Below are positions 1 to 12,711 of a stretch of 64,000 bases of DNA, one piece after another (positions within the stretch are counted from its first letter, which is position 1; each line of letters starts with the position of its first letter). Below the pieces are notes generated by a model that did not search any database, was not told where the DNA came from, and saw only the letters and a program-made list of their open reading frames with translations. This DNA comes from Mobula hypostoma (taxonomy: Eukaryota). Location: the NCBI RefSeq assembly GCF_963921235.1, contig NC_086097.1, positions 180,112,001 to 180,176,000 of the forward strand. Direction: 5' to 3'. Made by a program: the position numbers and the translations under genes.

Positions 1-540
1 ATTGTCATATGTACTGAGGTACAGTGAAAAACTTACCTTGTAGATGTTCTTACTGATGAATTCATCACCCAGTGCATTGTGGTAGAACAATGGAAAACAG
101 AAACAGAGTACAGAATAAAGTGTAACAGAGACAGAGAAAGTGCAGTGCAGGTAGACAATAAGGTGCAAGGTAGATTGTGAGGTCAAGAGTCATCTTATCA
201 TTTAGGAAACCATTCAATAGACTCAAAACAGTAGGGTGGATGATATCCTTGAGGCTGGCAGTAAGTGCTTTCAGGCTTCAGTATCTTCTGCTCAATGGGA
301 GAGGGAGAAGAGAGAATGTCCAGGGTGGATGGGTCTCTGATTATGCTCGTTGCTTTACTGATGCAGTGAGAAGTGTAGCCAGAATGTATGGAGGTGAGAC
401 TGGTTTCTGTGATGTGCTGAGCTGCATCCACAGATCTCTGTAGTTTTTTGAAATCATGGGTAGAGCAATTGCCATACCAATCTGTGATGCATTTGAATGT
501 AGATGTATAATCTGTGCCCAAGTGTTGTTTGAGGTACATG
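1..540 (-). mobile_element. 3' end fragment of a Rex1/Babar/L2-like non-LTR retrotransposon (RT C-terminal region and 3' UTR)
   Basis: ORF 198..539(-) has CITDWYGNCS...LQRSVDAAQHIT...KATSIIRDP, typical of the post-RT region of these LINEs. Similar sequence recurs at ~18690-19110. Confidence 0.6.
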
Positions 541-684
541 TAGGTGTGGAGAGGTCATCGGCTGAGGAGTTTGGATGAAATTGAACGCTCTACAGTCATC
601 AGTAAATATTCTCATTTTATACCAGGTACAAAGGGAAGGTTTATATCAAGGACAGTGCAGGAGCCACGTATCAATTTTTCAGTC

Positions 685-870
685 TGTGGGGCTATGTATC
701 TATTTTCTGTCTGTATTTTGTGGCAAGTTTATTATGGTAATCTGTCGCATGGGTTGGGAAATGGTAGAAGCAAATGAGTATTGTTACGTATTCACTCTTG
801 GGGTCAGTTTGCTGTTAACCTAAAGGAATAAGCCACAGGAATGATATATTTTAGTTAAAAAATAATTGCT
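685..870 (+). repeat. Truncated 5' LTR of the BEL/Pao element
   Basis: Aligns by eye to 8782-8960 (atgtatctattttctg...gcaaatgagtat...gttacgtattcac...cttgggg). Cut off by a CR1 fragment at ~880. Confidence 0.75.
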
Positions 871-879
871 AATTGTGAC

Positions 880-2425
880 GTTATTGGTAATGTTGCAGCT
901 GTATAGGACCCTGGTCAGACCCCACTTGGAGGACTGTGCTCAGTTCTGGTCACCTCACTATAGGAAGGATGTGGAAGCCATAGAAAGGGTGCAGAGGAGA
1001 TTTACAAGGATGTTGCCTGGATTGGGGATCATGCCTTATGAGAATAGGTTGAGTGAACTTGGCCTTTTCTCCTTGGAGCGATGGAGGATGAGAGGTGACC
1101 TGATAGAGGTATATAAGATGATGAGAGGCATTGATCGTGTGGATAGGCAAAGGCTTTTTCTCAGAGCTGAAATGGCTAGCACGAGAGAGCACAATTTTAA
1201 GGTGCTTGGAAGTAGATACAGAGGATATCAGGAGTAAGTTTTTTATGCAGAGAGTAGTGAGTGCATGGAATGAGCTGCCACCGATGGTGGTGGAGGCGGA
1301 TACGATAGGGTCTTTTAAGAGACTCCTGGACAGGTATATGGAGCTCAGAAAAATAGAGGGCTATGGGTAACCTGAGGTAATTTCTAAGGTAAGGACATGT
1401 TTGTGATGGGATCCTGAATTACCCCTATGAACTGTGCTCGTTTACCCCCTATGAACTGTGCTTTTGAAAAGAGAGAAAGTTATTTAACACCAACAACTTG
1501 TTTGTAAAAGAGAGAGAAAGATGAAGACTAACTGTTGGACTGTCACTTTAAGGCACTGGAAGTAACTTCTGGATTCCTGCTGAGTTGGAGTTGGAGATGG
1601 CACCGAGCAGTTCGTAAGTTGCTATGGTGACCGGAGGCAGTGTTACTTAATGGACACTTGATGTTATGATTTTCTGCAGGTTTTTGCACTTCTCGAGGAC
1701 TTTTGCCTGCTTGCATTTCTTCACAGAGAGAGGAAGGAGCAGCTATTTGAATGACAGTTGATGCTCAGCACGAGAAGATAAAATTATGATAGACCTCAGA
1801 CACATGTTCTGGACGCTGAATGAGCATTGTTGTGCCCGCAGAAAAAGTGGGTTTTGGAGGATCAATCAGGTGGATCGATCCATCGCTCTTGCAGTGAAAA
1901 GAGGAAAGGGGTTGACTGGTGGGGAGTTGTCCATGTGTCCACCCTCGGCTGGGGGATAGCTCCACCACAGAAAACCGGTCCCCTTTGTTGAAGTCACAGT
2001 CGATGACTTTTAAAGGATTTCGAAGGACGACAAGATTGACGCCGTCAGCTCACCTGAAGACTCAAATCTCTCCCTCTCTCTCTCTCCATCACTACTCAAC
2101 TCAATACCACGAACTGAACTGAACTTTACTCATCATCGTAAGACTGTATCTTTTTACCCCTAGACTTAAAGAAGCTTGGTTTTTCATACATATATTTCCA
2201 CACTTACTGATATATATATAAAATCATTGCTAACCTGTTTGAGTTATTTACATTTATATTACTGTATTGCATAGTCATATTATTAGTTAATATCAATACT
2301 GGACTCCAAAGTGTTTTCTATTTCTGCTGGTTCTTTATTCCCGTCACGGGGTACGTGACAATGTTCAACACAGCTTTGTGGGCCAAAGGGCAGGTACTGT
2401 GCTGTAGGTTTTCTATGTTTCTATG
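880..2425 (+). mobile_element. CR1 LINE 3' fragment, interrupted by a solo LTR
   Basis: ORF 866..1237 has LYRTLVRPHLEDCAQFWSP...RGDLIEVYK (CR1 ORF2 C-terminus). The 3' UTR resumes at 2361 and ends in ttctatgtttctatg. Confidence 0.9.
1402..2360. mobile_element. Solo LTR (959 bp) with 5-bp TSD
   Basis: TG...CA termini (tgtgatggg...cgtgaca), flanked by ATGTT at 1397-1401 and 2361-2365. A second family copy lies at 35606-36406. Confidence 0.88.
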
Positions 2426-4925
2426 AACTGCTTACGTTGGAGGAAGAAATTGCTGCACATGTGGCTAAAATTAATATGCTAAAGACTTCAAGTGTGGCGT
2501 GTGCTAAAAGTGCACTGGCAGGACAGTCTTATGCTGTGAGCTCCTATATTGAAAACGCACCAAAAAAAAAAACACCCAATGTCAATGCTGATTTATTCAT
2601 TCTTCAAGCATTTATGAAACATGAACAAAAACCCCACAAGGTAGTTTGGGGTGTTTACTATCAACCTGCACTAATGTAGCTCTCTGAACCTATATCATAT
2701 CCAACAGCTCAAAGTGTTCATGGGGACATTCATTCGTGACATAAAAACACCCTTGTCTTAGATCGTAGAGGTATTACTAGCACTATTGATATTATGAAGA
2801 AGCAAAATGAAATAACAGCCTTATTGGTACAACAACACGCTTCATCTTTGTCTAAAAGAGAGATTCAAGTCTTTGATGGAAATCCATTGCAGTATACTAC
2901 ATTCATGAGGGCTTTTCAAAACAATGTTGAAGGCAAGACTGCCAGCTATAGTGACTGCCTCCTTGAACAGTACACTAGAGGTCACCCTAGAGATCCTGTC
3001 AGAAGTTGCCAGCATGTTGACCATAAGAAAGAATATCTAAAAGCCAAGGCTTTACTACAGGAACATCTTGGTGATGAACAGAAAATTGTATCAACCTACA
3101 TGCAAAAGGCTCTTTCTCGGGAACTATCAAATCTGAAGACATGAAAGCTCTTCAAGACTAGTCTTTTCCTTAGAGGCTGTTGCAATGACATGGAAGAAGT
3201 GGATACATGTTGGAGCTGGACTTGCTTGCTAATATGTCGATTGTTGTAAAAAAGAAATTGCCCCATATGCTTGGGGATAAATGGAGAACGGTGTTCTGTA
3301 AGCTGCATAAAAGGTACAACCATAAGCTAGATTTCACTGATGCTGTTGATTTTATAGAAAGGCATGTAAAGATTGCGACACACTCAGTGTTCGGGAATAT
3401 ACAGGATGCTGCATCGCCAGCTGTAAGCAAAGGTGTACACAAAACTGAGTCACACTTTCGTTCTAAGTCTAAAGGAAGCACTACTGTGGCCACTGTGGGA
3501 AGTAAAGCTAAAACTGAGCCTGGAACTAATGGAAGGGAAATGGGCTCCTCAGCCAAAAGGATTTGTCTGTTCTGTGAGGGTGAAGACACATTCGATTTGT
3601 GTCCACAGCTGCAGAAAAGGGCCCAGAGTGTCTTCCTGAAGAAAAATAGTATCTCCATTGGTTGTTTATGTACAGGACACATCAGCAAGGACCTCTTTCT
3701 TGCAAGGTATGCAGTGGCAAGAATCCCAGAAGACTTCATATTCACACTAACAAACCGGATGCAGAATCAAAATAAGCCGTGAAATAATCAGACACCAGCA
3801 GTGAGTGTGCCCTGGTATCTAATGTCAGTACAGAGGCTGGTGATCATGATTGTAAACTTCCCATAATTCCAGTACAAGTGAAGTCTAAGAAGGGTAACAA
3901 GACAGTGGTGACTTATGCTTTCCTAGATCAAGGAAGAACAGCAGTGTTCTGCACAGTGGACCTCATGAACAAGATCAACCCCACAGGAAAAAGGACACAC
4001 ATTCTCTTATGCACCATTGGTCAAGAGAAGATCAGGAGTAGCTAAATTGTTTCAAGATTGGAAGTGGCTGGCTTAGATGGTGAAAGGTTTTGTGAACTAC
4101 CTAACATCTATACTACGGAAAGTATGCCTGTCCACAAAGGGACCATCCACAACAGGGGGATCTCCAGGGATGTGCTCACCTGAACCATGTCCATTTGCCA
4201 GAGCTTGATTCAGTAATTGAGCTGGTGATAGGGACAAATATGCCTAAAGCATTGGAACTGTTGCAAGTGATTCACAGTGTTAATAATGGACTTTATGCAA
4301 TTGGAACAATGTTGGGTTGGACTGTGAATAGACCATTGAAAGGAGACAGTGGTGATGGAAGAGATTGTGCACAGCCAGAACTGGCAGTTAACAAATATGC
4401 ATTGCCAGCACATGGCAGATCCGGACAGGGTCTCTCCAGATTAACCTTGATTCACACGTGTAGGAGTGGACTGTATTGGACTCTTTGAGGTGAAGAGGAA
4501 AAGGAGTACAGTGAAGAGGTTTGGGGTCAGAGTTACCTGTCTAGCTCTACAAGCTGTTCACATTAAAGTGGCATCTTATTTAGACACAGATTCCTTTGTT
4601 AATGTACTCCGATGGTTTATAGCAAGACGACGACAGGTTCGTGAACTACGCTCTGATAATGTGACGGACTTTGTTGGAGTGAGCGTGAGCACAAGAAGCC
4701 ATTGAGAAGTGGAATCATTCACAGATGAGTAATGTCCTTCTTCAGAAAGAAACTAAGTGGACTTTTAACACCACCACCCCAGCCAGCTCACAACACGGGT
4801 GAGATTAATCATGCCTGTGTGCAAGATCCTCAATTCCACCATGAAGATACAGAATCTTGATGAAGAGGGTTTCCACACAGTCCTTTGTGAAGTAGAGGGT
4901 ATTATCAATGGTCATCCAATTACTA

Positions 4926-7900
4926 TTGGGAGTGGGATTGGTTTAAACTAATATGCTAGGGGGATGGGAACCAGAATGATAGAGCTGAGGATGAGCCAGC
5001 AGGTTTAAAGCAGATGATGGGTGTAACATGAATGTAAGGAAGGACAAGCCAATGATTGGGTACAAATGCAGACAGAGCAACGAGTTAAATTGTACCACAG
5101 AGGCAAAATTCAAAAGGGTGAAAAATGCAGGACTGAAGGTGCTGTATTTAAATGCATGTAGCACTCAGAATAAGGTGGACAAACTCATGGCACAATTAGA
5201 GATGACATTGTGGGGTGTCACTGAGTCATGACCATAGTTGGGAGTTTAACATCAAAGAAATGCGAAGAAATTTTTTTAGTCAGAGGGTGGTGAATCTATG
5301 GAATTTGTTGCCACAGGCAGCAGTGGAGGCCAAGTCATTGGGTGTATTTAAGGCAGAGATTGATAGGTATCTGAGTAGCCAGGGCATCAAAGGTTATGGT
5401 GAGAAGGCAAGGGAGTGGGACTAAATAGGAGAAAATGGATCAGCTCATGATAAAATGGTGGAGCAGACTCGATGGGACGAATGGCCTACTTCTGCTCCTT
5501 TGTCTTATGGTCTTATGATATACTTTGTAGCGAAAGGACAGGCACAAAGGCAGAGGCAGAAGTGTGACTCTGTTGGTAAGAGATGGAATTACATCTTTAG
5601 AAAGAGGCGACATAGGGTCAGAGAATGTTGAATCTTTGTGGGTGGAGTTAAGAAATTGCAAGGGTAAAAAATACCATTGTGGGAATCATAGGCTTCCAAA
5701 TAGTAGCCAAGATGTCAGGTTGAGATTGCAAATGGAGCTGGAAAAGATATGTAACAAGGGTAATGACACAATTGTAATTCAATATGCAAGGGGACTGGGA
5801 AAATTAGGTTGGTGTTGGATTGCAAGAGAGGGAATTTGTTAAGTACCTCCAAGATGGCATTTTAGAGCAGCTTGTGCTTGAGTCTACTCGGGGAAAGGCT
5901 ATCTTAGATAGGGTGTTGAGTAATAAACCAGATCTTATTAGGGAGCTTAACGTAAAGGAATCCTTAGGAGGCAGTGATCATGATATAATTGAATTCATTC
6001 AGCAATTTGAGAGGGAGAAGCAAAACTCACATGTATCTGTATTGCAATGGAATAAAGGAAATTACAGAGGCATGAGAGAGGAGCTTGCGCAGGTGGATTG
6101 CAGGAAGATATTGGCGGGATGATGGCAGACCAAAGATGGCTGAAGTTTCTGGGGAATAGTTCACAAGGCACAAGATAGGTATGTCCCAGAGAGGAAGAAG
6201 TTCTCAAATGGCAGGGGTTGGCAACTGTGGCTAACAAAGGAAGTTAAGGATTGCATAAAAGCCAAGGAAACTGCATATAAGGTAGCAAAAATGAATGGAA
6301 GTTAGATGATTGGGAATTTTTAAAAATCCAACAAAAGGGAACTAAAAAAGGGAAAAGATGAAAAATGAGGGCAGACTAACCAATAATATAAAGCAGGATA
6401 CCAAAAGTTATTTTCAGTTATATAGAGTAAAAGGGAGGTGTGAGTTGATATTGGACCACTGGAAAATGATGCTGGTAAGGTAGTAATGGGGGACAAAGAA
6501 ATGGGAGATGAAATTAATGGGTACTTTGCATCTGTCTTCACTGTGGAAGACATTAGCAGTGTGCCAGAGGTCCGTGAGTGTCAGGGAGCAGGAGTAAGTG
6601 CCATTGCTATTACAACAGAAAAAGTGCTAGGCAAAATCAAAGGTCTTAGGGTGGATAAGGTACCTGGACCAGATGGATTACATCCCAGAGTCCTGAGAAA
6701 GGTTGCTGAAGAGATAACGGATACGTTGGTCATGATCTTTCAAGAATCATTTGTTTCTGGCATGGTCCTGTCACTCCACTCTTTTAAGAAGAGAGGAAGG
6801 CAAAAGAAAGGAAATTATAGGGCAGTTAGCCTAACCTCAGTATTTAGGAAAGTGTTGGAGTCTATTATTAAGGAGAAGGTTTTGAGGTACTTGGAGACTA
6901 ATGATAAAACAAGTCAAAGTCTGTGTGGTTTCTGTAAAGGGAAATCTTACCTGACAAGTCTGTTAGAGCTCTTCGAGGAAGTAACAAACAGGCTGGACAA
7001 AGGAGAGGCAGTGGATGTCATGTACTTGGATTTTCAGAAGGCAATTGATAAAGTGGCTCACATGAGGCTGCTTAACAAGATAAAATCCTATGGTGTTACA
7101 AGAAAGATACTGGCATGGATAGCGGAAAGGCTGACAGGCAGGAGGCAGCGAGTGGTAATAAAGGGGGCCTTTTCTGGTTGCCTGCTGATGACTAATGGTA
7201 TCCCTCAGGGGTCAGTATTGGGACCACTGCTTTTCACAATGTTTGTCGATGATTTAGATCATGGATGTTGGCTTTGTGGCAAAGTTTGCCGTTGATAGAA
7301 GATAGGTGGAGGTAATGCTGAGGAAGCAATGTGATTCCAACAGGACTTAAACAAATTGGAAGAATGGGCAAAAAAGTGGCAGATGGAATACAGTGTTGAG
7401 AAATGTATGATAATGCATTTTGGTAAATGGAACAATATTGCGGACTATTATCTAAATGGGGAGAAGGTTCAAACATCAGAGCAAAGGGACTTAGGGGTCC
7501 TTATGCAAAGTTCCTAAAGGTTAATTTACAGGTTGAGTCTGTGGTAAAGAAGGCGAATGCAATGTTGGCATTTATTTCAAGGGGAACAGAATATAAAAGC
7601 AAGGAGATAATGCTGAGGCTTTATAAGACACTAGTCAGGCTGCACTTAGAGTATTGTCAACAGTTTTGGGCACCATATCTCAGAAAGGATGTGTTTTCAT
7701 TGGAGAGAGTCCAGAAGAGGTTCACGAGGATGATTCCGGGAATGAAAGGGTTAACATATGAGTAGCGTTTGGCAGCTTTGGACCTGTCCTCATTGGAATT
7801 TAGAAGAATGCAGGGGGATCTCATTGAAACCTACTGAATGTTGAAATAACTAGATAGGTGGATGTGGAGAGGATATTTCCTATCGTGGTGGTATCAAGAA

Positions 7901-8177
7901 CTAGAGGGCACAGCCTCAAAATTGAAGGGTGACCCTTTACAACAGAGATAAGGAGGAATTTTTTTAGCCAGAGAGTAGTAAATCTGTGAATACTCTGCCA
8001 CAGACTGCGGTGGAAGCCAAGTCCGTGCATATATTTATGGCGGAAGTTTCTCATTTCCTGATCGGTCAGGGCACCAAAGGATATGGCGAGAAGGCAGATG
8101 TATGGGGTTGAGTGGAATCTGGGATCAGCCATGATCAGTTAATGGGCTGAATGGCCTACTTCTGCTCCTATATCTTA
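4926..8177 (+). mobile_element. CR1 LINE, 5'-truncated, degenerate ORF2 (APE + RT), inserted in the BEL integrase
   Basis: APE motifs (LKVLYLNACS, ESLWVELRN, LGGSDHD) and RT motifs (NYRAVSLTS, YLDFQKA, GIPQGSVLGP), with many stops and frameshifts. Flanked by TACTA at 4921-4925 and 8178-8182. Confidence 0.9.
5258..5516 (+). mobile_element. Short CR1 3' end inserted in the APE domain of the larger CR1
   Basis: EMRRNFFSQRVVNLWN plus a tcttatggtcttat tail splits the host reading WEFNIK|GYTL. Confidence 0.8.
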
Positions 8178-8781
8178 TACTAAAGCATCCTCCAATCACA
8201 ACGACTTGGAAGCACTAACACCCAACCTTCTGTTGCTTCTGAAGACCTCACCATCCTTAACACCAGGAGGGTTCCAAAGGAAGACATTCATGCTCATCAT
8301 AGGTGGAAGCAGATACAAAGCATGTCAAACGTGTTTTGGAAACGGTGGGTTAAAGTGTATTTACCACAGCTACAGGAACCTCGGAAATAGTCAGGTATAA
8401 AATGCAATTTCCTCCCAGGAGACATTGTGCTTATAGTTAGTAATTCAGTGCCAGGAAACTCAAGGATCACAGGAAGAGTCATTGAAGTCTTTCCAGACAG
8501 AAGAGGATTTGTGCGGCAGGTACGCATCAAGACCAAGACCAGCTGTCTGGACAGGCCTATAACCAAGATATGTCTTTACAGGAGGCAGAGGGTTGAGAAG
8601 CTGCAGCTTTGACAACTTACTGACTCTGTCCTGAAAGTGCTAGCAACCTTTGGCCTAGATGAGTGTTCCATGCCTTGATGAAAGAAGAAGGAAGACATTT
8701 GTATAAATGTTAAGAATTCATGTCTCCTATTTTAGTAGTATGTAGTTGTAATTATTATAGTGTAATAATTAGGGGCTGGGA

Positions 8782-9303
8782 TGTCAGAGCCATGTATCTA
8801 TTTTCTGCCTGTATTGCATTTTGTGGTGTGTTTCTTATGATAATCTGTCACATGGGTAGGGGTGTGGTAGGAGCAAATGAGTATGGTTACGTATTCACAC
8901 TTGGGGTTAGTTAATTGTTAGCCAGAGGCAGTGAGCCACAGGGAATGATATTATTTTGTTGACCATTAATTGGGAGGTTATTGGAATGCTAACCAGATCA
9001 CTAACTTCACTAATTGGAATGCTAATTTAGTTTGACCACTAATTATGCTTGATATCACTTAGTTCTATCGCTAATTAGAATGCTTAGGTACATTAATTTG
9101 AAAGCTGACATCACTGTATCACTAATTAAGTTTCATTAGTTTTTTATCACAACAAGATCACTTGTCTTTGCTGGTTTCATAATAAAGAATCGAACGTACC
9201 TTTTTCAACTTGGAAATCCGTCGTCTGGAAGCGGATTATACAGTGTCGCTTACCCTGGTTTAATCTCTCAGTCATTTTGGTTTGTTTTCAAGTAACTGCT
9301 ACA
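8782..9303 (+). repeat. 3' LTR of the BEL/Pao element, preceded by a polypurine tract
   Basis: PPT-like aggggctggga at 8771-8781, then TG start. AATAAA at 9181. Ends ...ctgctaCA; the right boundary is inferred. Confidence 0.75.
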
Positions 9304-9599
9304 GATAGTAAATCTCATCTCATGTTAGGAAGGAGGCTAATTTGGAATGAGGTCTAAACACTTTTTACCGTACACAATCCAATGACAAGTCATCAATTTC
9401 TGTTCTTTTATTTTTCTTAAGGTCAACCTTCTGAAGCTTTATAGAGGAGGGGTATTAATTTTCACTTTACTTTATGTAAACACCATTTAAAATCACTCCT
9501 GAAAAGATTGAGTTTTAACCTTAAGTGTAAAGTGAAGGACTCCCCCACAAAGGGAGTACAGTAGTTTACTTTTATCTAACTGACGTAATCTTAAACATT

Positions 9600-9830
9600 T
9601 TTATTTAGAGATACAGCACAGGAACAGGCCTTTCCAGCCCAATGAGCCCATACCCATGGGACCAACTGACCTGTTAACTCACTCATCTTTGGAATATGGG
9701 AGGAAACCAGAGCACCCGGAGGAAACCCACACAGTCACAGGAGGAAGGTAATATTCCTTACAGGCAGTGGCAGAATTACACATGCATCGCTGGCACTGTA
9801 ATAACATTACACTAAATGCTACACTACTTA
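9600..9830 (-). mobile_element. V-SINE/HE1-like SINE
   Basis: gggaggaaaccagagcacccggaggaaacccac is the reverse complement of the central domain seen at 45150-45190. Confidence 0.6.
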
Positions 9831-11006
9831 TGCCACCCTTAATTACATTAAAATGAATAACTTAATTACAATTATTTAATTAAACCTCCAACTTTTTTAA
9901 TCAAAGAATTAATCCATACAATCCTCTTACTCACTATACATTCACAACAATGTGGCCAGATTCTGCTCTAACTCCATTTACAAGTTTGCAAATGATACCA
10001 CTGGATCTCATAATACAACAGTTTGGAGTACAGGAAGGAGATAGAGAAGTAAGTGATATGGTAGCAAAACAACAACCTTTCTCTCGATGTTAGCAAAACA
10101 AGAGAGCTTGTCACAACAAAAGCAAGAATTTGGACCTTAATCCACCAATAGCTTTCCTCATCAACATCACGAGTTGAAGAATAGCTGAGTGATCTCTGTT
10201 GCCATTGCACATTCTGCATTTAACTCCCTGGTTCCTTTTCAAACTTGCCGAGTTTCTGTTTTGGTGTGCTGTTATATTTCCACTTCTGTGATTCTCCGTC
10301 TATTTATCTCTGTTGATTGTCAACCATTAGAAGCTGCAGAGAAGTCCTTCTTACTTTCTCTTGAGAAAAAACAATCTTTCACTAACCAGAACAGTAGCAT
10401 CAGTGACACAACCTTTGTAGCTCATAGTGTGTATTGCTCAAGAATGTATTGCAAAGGAACAGGCTATTCATCTCAGCTGGCTCATGAGGAACTTTTGACC
10501 ATAAAAATAACTTTCAAGAATCCAATGCTAAATCTGGCAAAGTTCCATTATTTTCTACATAATGCTCTTCTTTGGTTATTTACACGAATTTTAGTTTTCA
10601 TATTTGACCCAGATTCTGGTGTTAAGTAATTAAAACAAGCTCCACTCATTCCATCTACCTATTACCTACATATTCCTCCATCTGGGTCCCATTCCCACAC
10701 TGTTCCCCTGACCTCCCCAGCTCCCTTATTTGGTTCCATGCTCCTCTTTTCTCTTCTATCAGATTTCACTATCAGCAACCCTCTATCACTATTCTCACTT
10801 TCCTTCCTCCATCTGCCTATCACCCCTCCTCACCTGGATCTACCCATCCCCTGACACCTCATGCTTCACCCCCTCACCTCTTTATAATGACTTGCTCCCC
10901 TGCACTCTTTCAGACCAGATGATAGGTTTCAGCTCAAAATGTTGACTGTACATTTCCCCCCACAGATGCTGGCAGACCCATTGAGCTCCTCTGGCAATTT
11001 TCTTGT

Positions 11007-11138
11007 TCATAGTCATAGTCATAGTCATACTTTATTGATCCCGGGGGAAATTGGTTTTCGTTACAGTTGCACCATAAATAATAAATAGTAATAAAACCAT
11101 AAATAGTTACATAGTAATATGTAAATTATGCCAGGAAC
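11007..11138 (-). mobile_element. Rex1/Babar-like LINE 3' tip with (ATGACT)n tail
   Basis: (catagt)3 plus the following sequence is the reverse complement of 30808-30938. Confidence 0.8.
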
Positions 11139-12127
11139 TATTGCACCAGGTTCCAGCATCAGCAGGCTCTAGTGTCTTCTGTACACATGGTGATGTTATG
11201 TGTGGGAAGAGATAAGATCTGGATTCATGGTGAAGGATGCCTGGTCCACAATCCTAATGGGCAGAAGCTCTGCAGGAAAGGGACGCAAAAGGTCTAAAGC
11301 TGTTGGATTTTGCTTTATATGTGCTATCCACATTTAAAAATGAAAGCAAATGGTTCCAGTTACTTGGTGTGTTTCCTATTACTGTCGGCTAAGTTGATGA
11401 AATGGCATTCTTTTGCTCATTTTATCATCCATCGTCACTTGGGCCATGCCACTTTCTCAGAGTTACCATACGGCATGAGGTACCGAAGCCTGAAATCCCA
11501 CTCCACCTGGTTCAGGAACAACTACTTCCCTAAATCATTGGGCACTTGAACAGGCCTGCATAATCTTAACCCTCCCTCAGCAATGGAAAACTACAAACCA
11601 CTTTATAACACAACTAAGCTTGATCACTGTGGCCAAGAGCCAATGCTGCCTACTGTGCCTTCCTAGTCATCATTCAGCCAACAGACTGCAACCATTCTGC
11701 TGCTTCAGAACACAAATGACTATTTCTAAAATCTATGCCACCAGGTTCAGGAACAGTTATTACTCCTAAACCAATTAGGCGAATGGAGATAACTTCACTC
11801 AACTTCACTTGCTCCATCACTGAACTGCTCCCACAACCTATGTCCTCAATATTTATTGTGGATTTTTTTCTTTTTGTATTTGCACAGTTTGTTGTGTTTT
11901 GCACATTGATCGTTGTATGCAGTCTTTCTTTGATTCTATTATGTTTCTTGGTTTTACTGAGTATGCCTTCAAGAAAATGAATATATGGTGACAAATATGT
12001 ACATTGGTAATAAATTTACTTTTAACTTGACGTGGATCCCATGGGCCCTAATCATTTGGATGAATCTCCCTTGTGGGACCTTGTCAAATGTCTTACTGAA
12101 ATCAGTTTACAGCTCAATTCTCATCAA

Positions 12128-12387
12128 TGTAGCCGGTGTGGCGGCCTGCACACACGGGACTCGAACCATCATCGGGAGCCACGGGCAGACACGCGGTAGC
12201 GCGTTTGGAACTACCCGCTCGAGGCGGACCTTCCGGGGACAGTCTGACGTCACGTCTGCCCCGCGGGTCGCAGGGGCCCACGGGAGGGGAGATTTAAGCG
12301 CACGATTTTGAATCAGTAAAGGCATTCTGAATTCAGCTCTCTCTGCCTCCGTGTGTTTCTTTAGTAGCACGTTTGCGCGCGACTACA
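12128..12387 (+). repeat. 5' LTR (260 bp) of the Gypsy element
   Basis: tgtag...ctaca inverted termini, CpG-rich, directly followed by a PBS. Confidence 0.88.
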
Positions 12388-12388
12388 T

Positions 12389-12402
12389 TGGTGACCCTGA
12401 CG
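12389..12402 (+). promoter_or_regulatory. Primer-binding site complementary to the 3' end of tRNA-Trp
   Basis: tggtgaccctgacg matches 13/14 to TGGTGACCCCGACG, the complement of the vertebrate tRNA-Trp 3' end (recalled). Lies 1 nt after the LTR CA. Confidence 0.8.
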
Positions 12403-12711
12403 TTCCAGACAGCATCTGGAGCCAGCGACTCAGCGACCAGCCATGAGTTCAAGCAACTCGCACAGCGCAGTCTCTCTGAAGCTCCCGACTTTCTGGGCCA
12501 CTCAGCCCCACGTTTGGTTCAAGCAGGCTGAGGCCCAGTTCAATATCAGAGACATTACAGCCGACGCCAAGTGGCACTACTACGTGGTCAGCACGCTGGA
12601 CCAGGAGACAGCAGGCCAAATCATCGACTTCCTATGCCAGCCACCAATGGAGGACAGGTACACTAAGCTTAAGGTGCTCCTGATCTGTACCTTCGGACTC
12701 TTCCACCACGA

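Larger units (their letters stand above)
685..9303 (+). mobile_element. Degenerate BEL/Pao LTR retrotransposon with RT/RNase H deleted and nested insertions
   Basis: Gag-like KREIQVFDGNPLQYTTF (2794-3144), Cys/His knuckles (~3560-3690), protease TYAFLDQG (3911-3934), integrase CLALQAVH...SDN (4466-4705) and BEL-type C-terminal region RQVRIKTKTSCLDRPITKIC (~8200-8590). Related LTR sequences occur at both ends. Confidence 0.85.
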
